64,000 nt of DNA, taken from NCBI GenBank assembly GCA_030141605.1, contig JAQGDQ010000021.1:992001-1056000 (forward strand). Reading direction: 5' to 3'. Origin of the DNA: Tubiluchus corallicola (lineage: Eukaryota; Animalia; Priapulida). The notes beneath the pieces were generated by a model. It worked only from the letters and a program-made list of their open reading frames with translations. It had not been told where the DNA came from and ran no database searches. The position numbers and the translations under genes are program-made. Below are positions 1-18,191 of this stretch, one piece after another (the stretch's first letter is position 1; each line of letters begins with the position of its first letter).

Positions 1-3000
1 GTACAGCATTCAATGTGATATACAAAAACTCGACAAGTTTTAAGTAAAAAATTAAAATTTCAAGTTTATCGCTGTGCTCACGCATGAGTTGTTCAACGTG
101 TGTACTACATTGCAGCTGAACACCTCTAAACTGAAAGGTGCAGTACCTGTTTTTTGTGCAATGTGTTTCCAAGATGCAAGCACTAGTACCCATCTAATTA
201 GTGACTGCTGAAATGCATGTTACAACAAAGATCGATTGTGTCGTGCAAACGCAAAATTATGTTTATGCGGTAATAATTCTTTTACGTAAGTCATTCTTCA
301 GAAAATAGTATAAATAGTATATTCCTTGTTGATATTTTATAGGGTAGATTGTTTGAACAATAGTTTAAGGTTGCGTCCGGTTTTCTTTTAAGTGATAAAG
401 ACAAAATACGTAAATGCTTCTGTATAATCCAGTCTAATAAATACAGGACCGCTATCTGTCTCTTCCCTTGTTATCTGGTTTATGTTTATTTGTTTTCCGG
501 TCTGTAAAAATAATATTTCCAGTGATGTGTAACAGGTAATAAAGAGAAGTCATGAAAAAATACCAGACGACATTATTTGCACATTAGATTTTCTGCCAGC
601 AACTAGAAATCATCTGAAGCTGTTGCGTGTACCACTCGAAATGCCAATTTTTCAGTATCCTTCAGGTGCGTGGATCGCAAAAATTTGTGCAACGGATTTT
701 AGAAATCTTTAAAAATTAAAACGTGTAAATTAGATATTTATTAGTTAGATTAGTCAGGCATGTTTGAGAACGGTCAGTCGTAAAACTATACATTATTAAC
801 TGTGAGTATGAGTTTAGTTAAGGCCAATTTTGGTTTGCTTAAGTTTGGTCTGTTTCTAATAGTTATTTCAATTTTGTGTACTTGTTTGCGAAGTAACTCT
901 ATAAAGAGGTCTACTTTGCCATGATGTCAGTCAGTCTCGTAAGTTCTGTGTAATATGTTTTTAGGTAGTTTTTATATTGTGATGTCACATTAAAGTTACT
1001 TACTCCATATTCTGAGTTTTTACGAAAAACGAATTCCATGGCAACAGTAATTGTAAGTGAGATGTCCGGGCAGTATAGTAGAAAAACTCATGAAACGAGT
1101 AACCCAATGCTTCACATTCTGGACTAGTTTCATATACCAGTTTTTAAGACTTAGGTGCTATAAATGTTTATTACTTAATTATATAAGCTTTTTTGTGTTA
1201 CTGTTGTGTGCAAGTTCAGTGGAGTATTCTGTCACATACGTTTACTATAGGTAATACAGTATTCAGTATTACACTTCATATTTACTGTTATTCTTTAGTC
1301 ATGTATTTATTTTATTAATTAATTAAATCTGGTGTAAAGCATGGAAGGTATTGTTTCCAGTTTTGTTCTAATGATCTTATAAAAGAATTGTGATGAGCAG
1401 ATTATGGGTGTTATGTTTCTTAAACATCTGTAGGCTCTGGTTTGGGTGCAGATGATTTATCACTGTTAGTTGTATTTTGGAAAACTCTCTGTATGGATGT
1501 GTTAGAGTACTTTCTTGTGTGGCATGCCTGTAAATGGCAAATGTACTGTTATCTTTAAAGTATGTTGTAAAGAGCGATAGAAAGCTTGCGGTCGATATTG
1601 CGTCTTGCGAAATTAAAGCTAAAATAATTCTTACGATTGTCCCACCCTACTGTATGCATGGTAAAGCTGAAAGAGTTGTGCTTATAGAAATCAATCAATT
1701 TTATATGAACAGAATGAATGTGTATAATTAACTTTGCATTTTTGTACAGGATTTTCACGTTTTCATTTATTTTTTTTTAGATTTTTTGGAATGTTTATAG
1801 TAAAGATGATGACAACGTTGCCATCTTATCATGGAAGTCATTGTTTCTAGATTAGCTTAGACCACGAGTTTTGTGCAGCAGTTCAACTTGTTCTAGTCGC
1901 ATCGATAAAGTACAAAGATTCACATATTTAAGATTTACATATGATGTGTAGTAAATGCCTTTCTTTATGATGATATGTGTGTTTGACAAAATAAATATAT
2001 GTGTTTGATACCATATTTTTGCATTATCCCCTTATTTATTGTGAGTATGCAGGTTTATGTATTGTACAGGTTTACTGACTGTTAAACAGTATTCTTTACT
2101 TTATAAAAATTAGTTATTGGTTTGTTTATTGTTGTTTTTTGTTATTTTACATACACGTATATTAATAACTATTGCTTACACTTACCACAGAATGTTATGT
2201 AGGTTTATTTATTGTTCATTTTTAGTGTGAATTTGGTGAACTTAGTGTAATTAAGCATGATTGTTTAGCAATCAATAGCTGTTTGTAACTGCAACACTAG
2301 AAGAAGTGACCTTTCATTGTCCATATTTCTCTCAGGTAAAGGGGTAGACGATGAGTAGCTTTGTCAAACAAACAAATACAAAAAAATGTAACTGGATTTA
2401 ACCTTTGACTTTTGCCTATATAAATCATGTTAGATTAGCAGGACTCAAGGCTTAAAGTAAAACAGCGTAAGCTTTTTTGGTAAATGAACCCACCAGGTTT
2501 CTTCATATTGCCTTCCCACCCTTCTTCATATAGGACTGAGTGACATTAGCTTTACCCTTTGTTTAGAATTTTAGCTTGGTAGCTGGACATGCAGAACGTT
2601 AAAGCTGTCCATGCTCTTCTGTGTTTGCTGACCACATTTTCTAAAACTAATATGGCATTTAAAATCAAACTTAAACCATTAGAGTAAAACTTAGACTGGT
2701 TATATTTATTAAAATTATTAATTTTAATACATAAAAGTTACGTGCCACCGTGAATTTCGTTTGGTCGAAACAAACAATAGAAACATTTTTATATCAGCAA
2801 CTGAAATCAACAATAATTGTGTACAGTGTCACATAAGATATGGTGTAATAATTATGCCAGTAAACTACTCAGTGAACTTACAATTGCAGTGTGCTGATTG
2901 CAAAAACAATGTTGTAATGGCATCAATAATGCTGTCTTAATAAAAGCATATTTTTTGTCCTAAAAATATAGTAATTTAAAGCGGCAATCTCTAACTTGAA

Positions 3001-3620
3001 AAAATGTTTTCTATGCCAATTTGGTAAATGATATGAATGAAAGTTATCAACCTTTTCCTGAATGAATCAGTTTCGGATGGGTTGTGTAATTCTTTATTTT
3101 ATAGTCAATAATTAATGAATATAAGATTTTGAAAACTGGTTATAGCTGTGTTACGTTATGTTATAAAATATGTTATGTTAATATTTTATAAGAGTGTTGT
3201 GTTGAATTTTGTAAATATGCAAAGTAAAATTTTGCCTATGTTCTAAAGCAGGGTCCACATATTTACCTTTAAAATTTATTGATGTGTATTTGCCTTTTTT
3301 TTCTATATTATTTTTTGCTCAATTAATAATATTAATTAATACTATACTGTTGTGCTATTAATTGTTTGTTTTTTATTCGTTTTGTAAGAACATGTGTGTC
3401 TTTGTGACACATATTAATTTCTCTGCATATTCAACTCTAGGTATTAGTATAATTCTCGATATAACAGTCATATTCTTTAATAATAAATAAATATCTGTTT
3501 TCTTCCATCATTCTTGTCCGCGAAGCCATTACTAATTGTCTCAACGTTGCATCTTTGTCACCATGGCTTCACGATGCGGTGGTGCTGATGCTGCAACAGA
3601 TGCGATCAATATTAATTCAC

Positions 3621-3654
3621 TGACGTCACTATAAGTCAATATCACTGCCATTTT
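3621..3654 (+). promoter_or_regulatory. Candidate 7B2 core promoter: CRE (TGACGTCA), TATA-like TATAAG and YY1-like GCCATTTT
   Basis: TGACGTCA at 3621-3628, TATAAG at 3630-3635 and GCCATTTT near 3647-3654 lie 35-70 nt upstream of the inferred ATG at 3688. Confidence 0.5.
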
Positions 3655-3687
3655 GGCATAACAGAGCAGGATATTATAGTTACAATA

Positions 3688-7703
<4,016 letters not shown>

Positions 7704-9770
7704 TAAACACATTCCCAGTCGACACGTGATGACCAGGACAATGACAATACAAAACGCCACTTCCCACGCTTTAAACCAACGTCGTTATTTCTTTATAACA
7801 AAACGCTTTTTTACTTGCGAACTTCAGAATCCGGATAGAAAAGATATCACGATGTGCTGTCATGGGCAACCGTAAATATTACTATTATAATGTCTTTCTA
7901 CTTGAAATAAGTTTCAGATAATGGTACAACACACACTTATTAAATACTTTGTAAGCTTAGCTGATATATTGGATTAAGGGAATGGCTTGTCATAACATTA
8001 GAAGTAAATACAGTCATTTTGGCCTACAATACAATTTTTATTATATTTTTACATTAAAAAAGCATTTGAGATAGAACGTTTTGTAGTGAAGCAAAAAAAA
8101 TTATTTATAAGTAGCACTTAAAACTATGGCTTCGAACCTCGTCTACAAAATTTTGAAATTGCACATAGGTTTTTGATGCTGCTTTGACACTACAAGAGTT
8201 AACACAAGCAAGTCCAGAAGTTTGTCCAGAAGTTAGGTTAATTTAATAACGTCTACTTAAGAAAAATTTAATATTCAATGATAATATGAGTTGCTTTTAA
8301 ATTTATATTCAAATATTGTTGTAACAGTTTTCATGCTGTAACAATTTAACTGAGTATGTGAAAAAGTAGCTTTAAACCCGCCGTGAGACAAATGTTGTAT
8401 AGTGCAGTGTATGCAAATATTCATGTACTTGCAAAAGCGTAGAAAAATTTAAGCTTATTAGTCCCTTATTTGTTACTACTAAAAGTATTTGACGTTATAA
8501 TAGTTAATGCTACTAATTCTACTTACGGCTACTTATTTTGTGTGTTTTATTATCTCTTCCTGTCAAAACATGATTTAATATATCTGTACTTAATTGTGTC
8601 CGTTTAATTATTAACGAAGTTATTTTATGTGATTTAATTACTTGTTTGTAAAATGACAGTTGAGTTGTCTTGGACAGCAATCTGTGTTTCCTGACACCGC
8701 AAAATTATTTGAGCTTAATAATGTATATTATTGTGTACCCACATATACTCTTTCTTTCACCTATAATGTTTTTTCCTATGCCTGCAAGATATTGATTTTA
8801 TGTCTGAAAGTGCATGGCAAAAGAAACAAGTGAGTTACTCGACACACAGGAAAATAAAATTAGAACTAGTAAGATTTATTACAGTTGTAAAATTTTAAAT
8901 ATTCTGTAGTCATTGAACTGTACACTGAGCAATATCACATTTCATGCACTGAACCACGCATGCACGCTTTAAGTATGGTAGTTGCATTGCCCATTTACGC
9001 TAATAACATAAATTCCACCGAACTTCATTGACCAGATTCTTTTATGACTATTGTTTATTATAGCACTACTTAGCACTTCTCGCAATTTACCAAACTGAGA
9101 TTAACTATGTAAGTCAAGACTAAAGTTTTTTTATTTAATACTAAATTTAAAATGCACGTGTGTGTGTTGTGTGCGACTCTTTCCTTTTGTTTTAGCCAAC
9201 ATTTATAGAGTAGGCTACTTCAGCAAGAAGTCAAAGCAGGGTTGCCCTATATAACCATGCATTCACAGTGAAAGAATTTGTACATTAATATTTTTGGATT
9301 ATTAAAATTTTTCATGAAAACATTTCTTTACAGATATTATGAATTGTCGCGAAATTATATGTAGGATCTGTAAATTTTCACAATTTGGCAATTAAGCTAA
9401 AATGTTTATATAGCAGTCATGACGAAATGGTTATAATGCACGCAAATTGTTTATTATTACTAAGTTAACCGATTTGTAAGCTTAAATTTCAAAAGAGAAG
9501 TTCTTGCATTTAGTGCAAAAGAAGTTCAGTGTAGACTTCACTTAAGTAGTTTATCTGAAATTACAAATTCCTGTACTTTTGTACGTATAATGATATTCTC
9601 CGACACATCCGTTGAATGTGTAAAATGTTTTAAAATCAATATAAAATTATATTGTTAGTTGTTTGAATTGATACCATTTAAATAAAAAATAATAAATTTT
9701 TAGCAATGTCGTTGTTAACTTTGATTTGTAATTAAATGTTTGTAGAATAATTTTTGTAACTCGCCATTAT

Positions 9771-9849
9771 TGCTACTACTAGTACTGTTATTACTACTGC
9801 TGCTGCTGCTGCTACTACTGCTACTGCTACTACTACTACTACTACTACT
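9771..9849. repeat. (ACT/GCT)n trinucleotide microsatellite
   Basis: Direct reading. Confidence 0.9.
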
Positions 9850-9879
9850 CTGACAGTGAAATCGTAAGTGTATCTTTCA

Positions 9880-10094
9880 CGCTTACTGTCAGAAAGTAAC
9901 TCGCAACAAATTTTGGTCTCTTGTCTGAACACGCTTGCGAGTTACTCTACACTTTTTGTAGAGAACACAGAATTGCGTCAGCTCAGCTGTCGCATTTGTT
10001 GTCAAATAGAAACTCGCAGCAAATTAGTTATGGTGTCTAGTCTGAACACGCTTCCAAGTTACTTGGCGAGAAAACTCGCTAGTTTGAATGCGCC
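9880..10094. mobile_element. Fragment of a Harbinger-like MITE family
   Basis: Ends in aaactcgctagtttgaatgcgcc, matching the TIR of 50911-51223; internal tctgaacacgctt subrepeats. Confidence 0.6.
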
Positions 10095-10488
10095 ACGCCA
10101 TCACGTCTGTATTTTATTTCGATTTAATGCTTTTCTTTTGTTTTAGTGCTATAGGAATGATTATAGAACTCCAACTTGCCCAACAATTAACAAAATAAAA
10201 CAATTGTTAATTAAGCCAGGAATTTTAAATACCATTGTAAATATATTTACAATTGTGATGCGTTTTGACGATGGTAAACTTTAAACAATGTTGTAGGTTC
10301 ACAAGAACGTGCGTCGATAATATAGAAACAAACTACACCAATGTATTATTTAAGCTGAAGGTTGAGTGAGCTATTAAGAAAGCTTTGAGAAAGTACTGTC
10401 TGAAAAACATACAAGCCTAACCTTGCCAAACAATTACTTTAAAATAGTGAAAACAGATTTGAATAAACTTATTTTTAAATGATGTAAG

Positions 10489-11403
10489 ATGTGGATGGAA
10501 GTACAAAATGTTTCGGCTGATGACAGTACATTAGAAAATCCAGCACGCAAAACATCCTCATTGCAACAAATACTCGAATCGCGTGGAATAATATCGTCAA
10601 CTAGATCGTTATCAGCGCCAACAATTTTTTATGAGGATTCGCCAATTGTACCAGGAACATCAACTCCCTCTGTACACGAACTTCTTGAATCGTGCGGAAT
10701 CATAGCACCAACAAGATCCCCCGGACACAGACATTCTGCTTCGAGTGACTCCGAGTCCATGACGAAAATGCAACCTCGGCAGACCAGAAGTGAATTTATC
10801 ACCCCACTAGACCAGATACCGGTCCGTAAGAGAAGCAGTCTTACACTTGTAGGAAATGTTAGTAATTCGGAGACGTTGAAAAACTTGTATAAAATTCAAC
10901 CATCACTGACCATCGATCAAAACAAAAAAGACCGCGGGGATGTGCCAGTACTGCCTTCAAAACTAGGAAAGGAAACGTTGATAAAAGTTGCTTCACCTAA
11001 AAACAAATACTCTATAGCTCTTTCTGGGCAGTCAATGAACGCTTGTGCGACAGAGAAAGACGCGCAACAAAATTTTACTCAAACAAACACCGGTCTAGAA
11101 TTCAAAAATCCACAAACAAAGCAAACACCTATCTATTCTGATTCTATAAAATCAAAGAGTACAAAATCGCCAGAACACGAAAGGGAAATAGCAGGTCTAA
11201 ATGTCACACACGAATGCGAAAATTGTCGGCAAGAAATTTCGAACGATAGCGACATCGTAGCGACCATAAACCGAAACCTGGCGTTGAAAGAGCTAGACAG
11301 AGATGATATTCAAGTAAAAGAAGACCCAGGACAAATCACAGCACATTTAGCAGAAGTCGTATCACCACTGGAAAAGCTCCCGTCTAGAAGGCGAAAATTG
11401 TAG
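10489..11403 (+). CDS. Uncharacterised protein A (304 aa, low complexity, likely disordered); paralogue of the two downstream genes; no hydrophobic N-terminal segment seen
   Basis: Long ORF preceded by an in-frame TGA. Carries ITPLDQIPVRKRSS and ends DIVATINRNLALKEL...EVVSPLEKLPSRRRKL*, motifs shared with 14847-16030 and 21309-30868. Confidence 0.75.
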   Translation: MWMEVQNVSADDSTLENPARKTSSLQQILESRGIISSTRSLSAPTIFYEDSPIVPGTSTPSVHELLESCGIIAPTRSPGHRHSASSDSESMTKMQPRQTRSEFITPLDQIPVRKRSSLTLVGNVSNSETLKNLYKIQPSLTIDQNKKDRGDVPVLPSKLGKETLIKVASPKNKYSIALSGQSMNACATEKDAQQNFTQTNTGLEFKNPQTKQTPIYSDSIKSKSTKSPEHEREIAGLNVTHECENCRQEISNDSDIVATINRNLALKELDRDDIQVKEDPGQITAHLAEVVSPLEKLPSRRRKL

Positions 11404-13049
11404 ATGCTACTATTGAATCTAGGGGAGGGGGGTTAGCAAGTGGCGAAAATTTTCGAAATTTAGTTCATACAATATTAAAGTACTTCTAGAAATACTGCTA
11501 AAGTGACTAACAACAACGTTAGTTTTGTTTGTACAAGTTTTGCATCTTCTGGCAAATTCTTTGTCTTTAGTAATATTAATAGCTGTTATGTGCTAAATAC
11601 AATTTTATTAGACGATAATTTCACTGACGCGTGAGACGCTCCCAATTCATTTTAATTTCAAGGGAAAACCGATTTGATCGCAGCAAAAAAAGAGAGGAAA
11701 GGAGACTAAATTTGGCATAAGGTCGCGAATTTTTAATCACTTTTGTGGATAATAAAAATAATTTTCTCCGTTAAAGCCAAACTCACTCTACCTAATTTAT
11801 ATTACCTCTATTCATATATTTATAAAGCACATTGATACTCATAAAAATGAATTAAGATGATATTAAGCTGAGCCATTGGCTATTGGGAAAATGGTTCCAG
11901 ATTAATATGCATTGCAGCCTTCGGCAGGGTGGATGGATTCGCGCCTTTTACGAGCCCATGCCATCTGCTGGTGCATGCATGCTCAGATCAGAAATAAAAG
12001 TAGAAATTTAGCGAACAGTTGCCATAATCTGATAAATTTTACACTATAAACCAGTGTTCTCTTAAATGGTATCGTGAAGCTTAAGATTTGCAGGAGAGTC
12101 GACAACAGGTCACATAGATTGGTAAAAAAAGGTATGGACGGACGAAGTAAAATTGTTCAAAACACTGTTTTTGATGTGCAGTCTGTATTTTAATCATAGG
12201 TAAACATCATTTACATCATTCAAATAGTAAAAGTAAAGTCTATTCAGATGGCATCTTAGTAAAATGTTGTCTTTAACACAATTGCCTGTTCATTCAATCA
12301 GTATGATAAAACCACTATATTATCTGAAGAAGCCAAAAGCCCTAGTTCCCTACAAAATATATAGCGTCGACAAACTATAATAAACTGATAAATACAAAAC
12401 TTATTAGTAGGTGGCAGCACAAACTTAGCGGAAGAGTTTAACAGTCATTGTTTAATATGAGGGCAGTGTCTAGTAGCGCCGAATGAGAATTTAAGTTTAA
12501 AGTACAAATAATTACTAACAGCAAAGTTGACGAATTGGAAATTAAATACTAAATTGAGCTCTTAGCGACATATGGCTTCACGATCACCCAGGTTCTTAAA
12601 TTTTGTCAATATTCTTTGTGGTTGCAATTGGATTTTTCGTTAGCACTCTGATCCTTAGCGCTTTTGGTTGTCAATAAAATAACAAAAAATATGTTGTCCC
12701 TCCCTTTGTCACTAATCGAGATACAAATGAGCTGCAAGATCAGTATGAGCGGAGTGGCAAGTAAACGCAGTGAACACTGCCCGTTCGTACTTGTGGTTGT
12801 GGTAAGGTGATGACTTTTAACATCATAGTTTTTGTTACAACATCAAAAAACTTTTGTGACATATATGCAAAGAAAATATGAGAAAACGAGTTAGTGCTTA
12901 CTCATTTATGGCATTGTTCAGCTTGTTCTAGAACACAGATTGTCTATCAGCATTTATGTTCTATCTTTTATTACTGGTAACTAGAAAATTTGGAATTTGC
13001 TGCATATGAATACTTGATCTGCTAGGAACGTCCAAGAAAGAACGGCATC

Positions 13050-16030
13050 ATGGCTAAATATAAAAGTTTTTCAGTTTTAATTTCATTTTCGTGTTTCATG
13101 ATAACAGTTCACTTGGTCTTAAAGTAAGTGATATTGATTGTTTATATGAGTTTCATGAAAGAGCTAAATCGTCTACAGTATTAACCGGCATGTAAGAATT
13201 CTCAAAAAAATGTTTTTAAGTTACGTAGCACCTACAGACATCAGTATTATATCGGGTGCTGCAGAAAAAGTGCCGAAGTTTTGATCACGATAGTATAAGA
13301 AGAAAATAATGGAATCAATTCAGTATTACCAGGCTGATGTTACAGACACTTGTGTACAAACAGAAATTTTAAGTCATTTCCTTAGATTGTTTTAAATATA
13401 GAAAAGTTTTAGGTCAACAAGTTAAAAAAATAAATAACGGAAAAATGTTGTGTGTTAATATTGTTAAAATTAACTGCAAGTGCTCTATGTGCCCATCGTT
13501 TCCACTGCAAGCCAGGCGAAAGCATTTCTTCTAACACTTGACACTGTTTCTTTTTCTAAAGGGGCACTTAGTTCCAGCACTCAACTATTTTTGTCTTCAG
13601 TTCCGCTGGCTCTGTGCTGGCATTGTACACTTTCTCTTTAAGGGATTTCCAGATACCGTACCCCAGAGTATCAAGCCTCGTTTTTTGTCAAGAAATATTT
13701 ACTGGTTCTTTTATTTTTTCTGTTGATGGCCATGATGTTAATTGGTTGATTTCTGTATTTGATGTGTTCCGTGTATCAAGTATTTATACATCACTGAACA
13801 TGGCTTTCGTTTTTGTTGATGATTATAATTGACATTGTTCCGGTATTTAATTTTACAAACATGCAAAAGTTTTTCGGCCATAACTTAAAAACCACTAAAA
13901 CTATCAACTTGCGACTTTCACAGCCAAAAGTTAATGTATACAACATCATGCTGTGAAATTTCAACTTTGTAGAGTACTCGCCTCTAATTTTATTGTAGTC
14001 TAAATTTTAGCACATTTTTTTCTGCGCCATCCTATAAGACCTATGCAGGCCCACCGCTTGATTTTCATTAAAATGGCATTCATTGGATTTTTGTGAGTGA
14101 GCTTGTTTCTGAGCCGTGGGCGTCGTGGCACATCAACATCCCGAGAATGATGACTGCGACGACGACGACGACAATGATGAAGATGATCATCATCATAACG
14201 GTAACAACAGTTACAAAGATGACGAGATAACAATGATTATGTTGTTGATGACAATAACAGTAAAGACTAATTGGCTAAAGCTTTCAATTCTCCTCGCACA
14301 AGCAAGTAGTTTTTGAAGCTAATTAGGGTTAAGGTTAGTGTTAGGGCTAGGGTTAGGTATTTAAATAGTGTGAGGAATTTTAAACTCCATTATCCGTTTA
14401 CGTTATTAACAACATGTTGGTCTAATTTTTGGATGATAATGGTGATGATGGCGGTGGTGACGGTGGTGACAGTGGTGACGGCGGTAACGGCCGTAACGAA
14501 TGACTGTCCGTAATGTTAAATTAAAATGAGTTCAATGAATGTAAATCCTTGGTTGCATGATTATAAGGGTTATGAGTTACTATAGCTTGGCGTTAGTGAC
14601 ACCAACTACGCTAATAAACTAAGCTAATTCATTCAAAAGTTAAAATCGATTTAACGATAATGCAATTGAGAATCGTTTCATTGTTTTATAGGCTTTCTCG
14701 AATGGCAGGATTGTTTACCAGCTCCAATGACGAACACTCATGTGAAGTACAAACGGGTAAAATAATTTAATCTCCACATTACTTACAGTTATGACCTCAA
14801 CTTGAACTTTCCAAATAATTGAGAATATATTGATTTTATTTTATAGGTTTTCAAGTGCTATTGTCAAACGTTATGTTTCTTCTTTTCTTGGCTGTACTAT
14901 TTCGTGAAAACTTGTTTGGACGTACACGTTCTAATCGTAAAGTAACATCAACTACTCGTGCCGAATACGCAAGAATTAAAGAAGAAGAAGAATTTAATGA
15001 TTTTTATGAACACCACGAGGATTTAGATAAGCATTACATTACATTACCTACTAGAAAGTCGGAAAAAGAAATATATCAGCGTTCAGTGAAAACACAAACA
15101 GAAGACGGAGATCAAGAGAACCTCGAGAAAGACCAAGCAATTCAAGTCAACATGTCTGACACAGAAGTACAAGAAGAATCTGATTTAGAAAACAGCTTTC
15201 CAATATATTATCAAGCAGCTGATAAAATCCTTGCCAGTATGAGTCCAGTTACAGAAAATACGGAAAACCTTGGAACACGGAAGAAAGGCGAACAAGAAAA
15301 ACGGATTGAGTCATATGAAGTGGCAAAAGACCAAGACAGACCTTTTGGAAATGGGAAGTTTCTTGACCCATGGCATACAGACGCTAAACTGAAAGGCATA
15401 AACAAACTAGACACGAATTTTGAACCTTGCAAACGAACAACTTTATGGAAAACAGTTGACGTTGAAGAAACTGATAGAATGAAAACTTCCATTCCCTCAA
15501 TAAACCAGATACCAAATGAAAGAACTGGTGCCGTAAAAGTGACGATAATGATAAACAACAATTCGGTAAGCAATCCAGAGAATTTCGTCAACAAAGCAAC
15601 CAAATACATTGCGGTTCAGCCAACTACCAAAGCTCCTTCAAAGCTTTCATTCGTCAAAAAACCTGTAGACGAATGCTTTGTAACTACATCGCTTTCTCGC
15701 AAAGCAAAATCGTGCTTCAGTCGCCCTGAACATGCACCATGTGACGCACAGAAGCCTCTGTTCATGGAACCAATTAAAGAAGAACCAGATGAAGTTTGTC
15801 CATCTGATGGAGACGAACCAAATAACTTATCAAGGAATGACGACAAGACAATTTCCAACGACCTTGTAGTATTACTGAATGAGGAATTAGCAAATGCCGA
15901 CTCATATTCTTATGATAGTGAAGAATCGCACGATACAAGCGAGGAAATAGTTGTACAACAAAATGTAGACATTACAACAGATAAAGTCTTGCCTCTTCTA
16001 GATGTTCCGTCGCATAAAAGAAACTTTTAA
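13050..16030 (+). CDS. Uncharacterised protein B (440 aa; hydrophobic N-terminus, short linker, second hydrophobic segment, acidic disordered tail), 3 exons
   Basis: Exons 13050-13123 (MAKYKSFSVLISFSCFMITVHLVLK, donor gtaagt), 14692-14756 and 14847-16030; phases 2/1; 1323 nt in frame. Ends NDLVVLLNEELANAD...KVLPLLDVPSHKRNF*. Confidence 0.8.
13250..14036 (-). mobile_element. Non-autonomous Tc1/mariner deletion derivative (~790 bp) in gene B intron 1
   Basis: Imperfect TIRs tatcgggtgctgcagaaaaagtgccgaagtttt / aaattttagcacatttttttctgcgccatcctata, with TA at the ends. The minus strand near 13470-13670 reads as a broken transposase C-terminus (YGIWKSLKEKVYN..ELKTKIVECW..RLACSGNDGHIEHL). Confidence 0.85.
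14323..14357 (+). repeat. Short degenerate (TTAGGG)n telomere-like tract
   Basis: ttagggttaaggttagtgttagggctagggttagg. Confidence 0.7.
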
Positions 16031-16664
16031 CTTCTGGACCTAGAGGATAGGTTAATATTTTACTGGCTCTATTTAAGTAGGAAACGCATAACTTCTTCAC
16101 ATTACAATGACATAACTTGTTAGTAACATTGATGTACTTTTCACATTTTCTGTTCCATACTGTTCATGGAGCATTTGATTTGCTGCGGAAGAAAGCAATA
16201 AAATATTTTTTAAAGATTTCTGACCTCCAGGAAAGAAACGGTTTTTGTAAATTTTTCGAGATATTGTAAAAATGTTGTATATTTACACTTGGGACACAAA
16301 GAGACGATAGCGTTATGCTGAGCAAAAAACAATAAATAAATCTTATGTTATTGCTTCTATTATTTTTCATGCCTCGATTTTCATGACAATTATAACACGT
16401 ATTTACCGGGGCAGGACTTCGGAACTTCAGACAATTACTTCCCAATTTTAAGAGTTTAGCACAATGTAAGAAGGTCATGTATCACTTAATTGCTTATAAT
16501 AACAAAACTTATGGATTACATTTTGTGTTGCAGCAGTTAAGCATTTGCAAATCCTTTTTATTTTCCTGTTACTGTATTATGAGCGCGCATCGCAATTCTA
16601 CGTGAAACATGTAGTTCTGTGGGAGAGTTTCTGGACAACAGCCCAAATGTGAAAATCTCATATA

Positions 16665-17100
16665 GGCGTCTTAGTCTGAACGCGAACAGATCTTACTGAG
16701 TAGACTCAAACGTTATCCTATCCATCTAATCTAAATTAAACTCTAACAATCTCTCTAACAGTAGTAAAGATACGTTGGCGGATTTAGGGCTATAATCGTC
16801 CTAAGCTAGTCAGGGCTTTTCGAGTTACTGTCGGCAAGTTATTGCAACTTTCCGACATTGTTAAGAATTGATGCTGTCTAGGGTGCGCGGTAAGTTTGGT
16901 GCTAGTAAGTTCGGTACTAGTAATTTTGGAACGGCAAGGAATTTTTGGTACTGGTAAATATGGTACCAAACTCACTTGTACCAAATTTTACTACATTCAC
17001 TCTCTAGTCTGAATACGCTTGCGACTTGCGAGTTACTTGGCGAACTACTGTTAGTTTATTTCATGAGAAAAGATAGAAAACTTGCTAATCTGAACGCACC
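16665..17100. mobile_element. Fragments of the same Harbinger-like MITE family
   Basis: tagtctgaacgcg, tagtctgaatacgcttgcga and aaaacttgctaatctgaacgcacc match the TIR and subterminal motif of 50911-51223. Confidence 0.55.
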
Positions 17101-18191
17101 CTAACGTTTCTGATATGCAAGCACTAGCTGGCTACATATAAATAGTCTACAGTGATATAAAGAAGCCACACGTGGGCGTGAAATAATCACAGTTTTTTCA
17201 ATCATATTTCTAACGTTCAAGAAAACATGTTGTTTATGATGAAAATAGAGTGCGGTAAAAATGGCACAAGAAAAAATGGCAGGATAAAAATGACATACAA
17301 CATACAAAAATGTTCCTTTATTTCTGCCAAATAGGCTAGCAAAAGGCTCACAAAATATTTGCTCATTAAATGGATTTATAATCAATAATACACGAATGTT
17401 CCACATGGTGTTTATCTACTTTTTAACCATTAATTTTGGCGATGGAAATAGACAGACAAATATATTTATTTACATAGCAAGTCACCTTATAAGGTTATAC
17501 ACAACAATAAGCAAAGGTTATAGACAACGTTACACAGTTTTAATTTACAAGCGGGAACTTCTCGAAATGGAACTGGAACCAATTCGTAGTTGTTTGTCCA
17601 GGTATGGGTAACAAAAAAGAAGTACTAAATACTCCCTCGGAGACTTCCGCAAATTGCTTCACGAATATTTTTTGTACATGGTGTTCGGTCAAGTTTTCCG
17701 AAAAGATAACCGGCGAAAAGATTTCCCTATTTTGGCACCCTATATTTGCCTTTCTTCACGAAGTTTCTTGGAAATCTGTTAGGCTTACTGCCATAACAGA
17801 CAAAAACAAGCAAACAAACAGACAGACAAACAAACAAATAAACAAACTGTGTTAAAGCATGATTTCCTTGGCAGAAGTAAAATTAACTAAAATAATAATC
17901 TTCCACTGTAACCTAACCATAAACACACATTTTACTAAGTGTGCCATTTTTTCCAGTGCCAGTTTACCTACATTCGATGAAAATCAGTTCTATCTAATGG
18001 CATTGTTTTTTAGTATTTCACAGTTGTTCTAAAGAATTTGAACAGATCGAGTTAAACGAAATTTCAAACTGAACTGAAGTTGAACACGTATATTATGTTG
18101 AGACGATGATTTTTTAATAACCGCAATGTCTGTAATGTCATACACCAGTTAGTGATACGGGATTCGTTTGAAAAAAACAGCTAAAAGAATT

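Noticed and set aside
1-3500. Short ORFs and possible exons at the window start
   Set aside because: No recognisable protein similarity or consistent splice chain; may be UTR or intergenic.
14323-14357. Telomere or chromosome-fusion scar
   Set aside because: Only ~6 degenerate units inside an intron.
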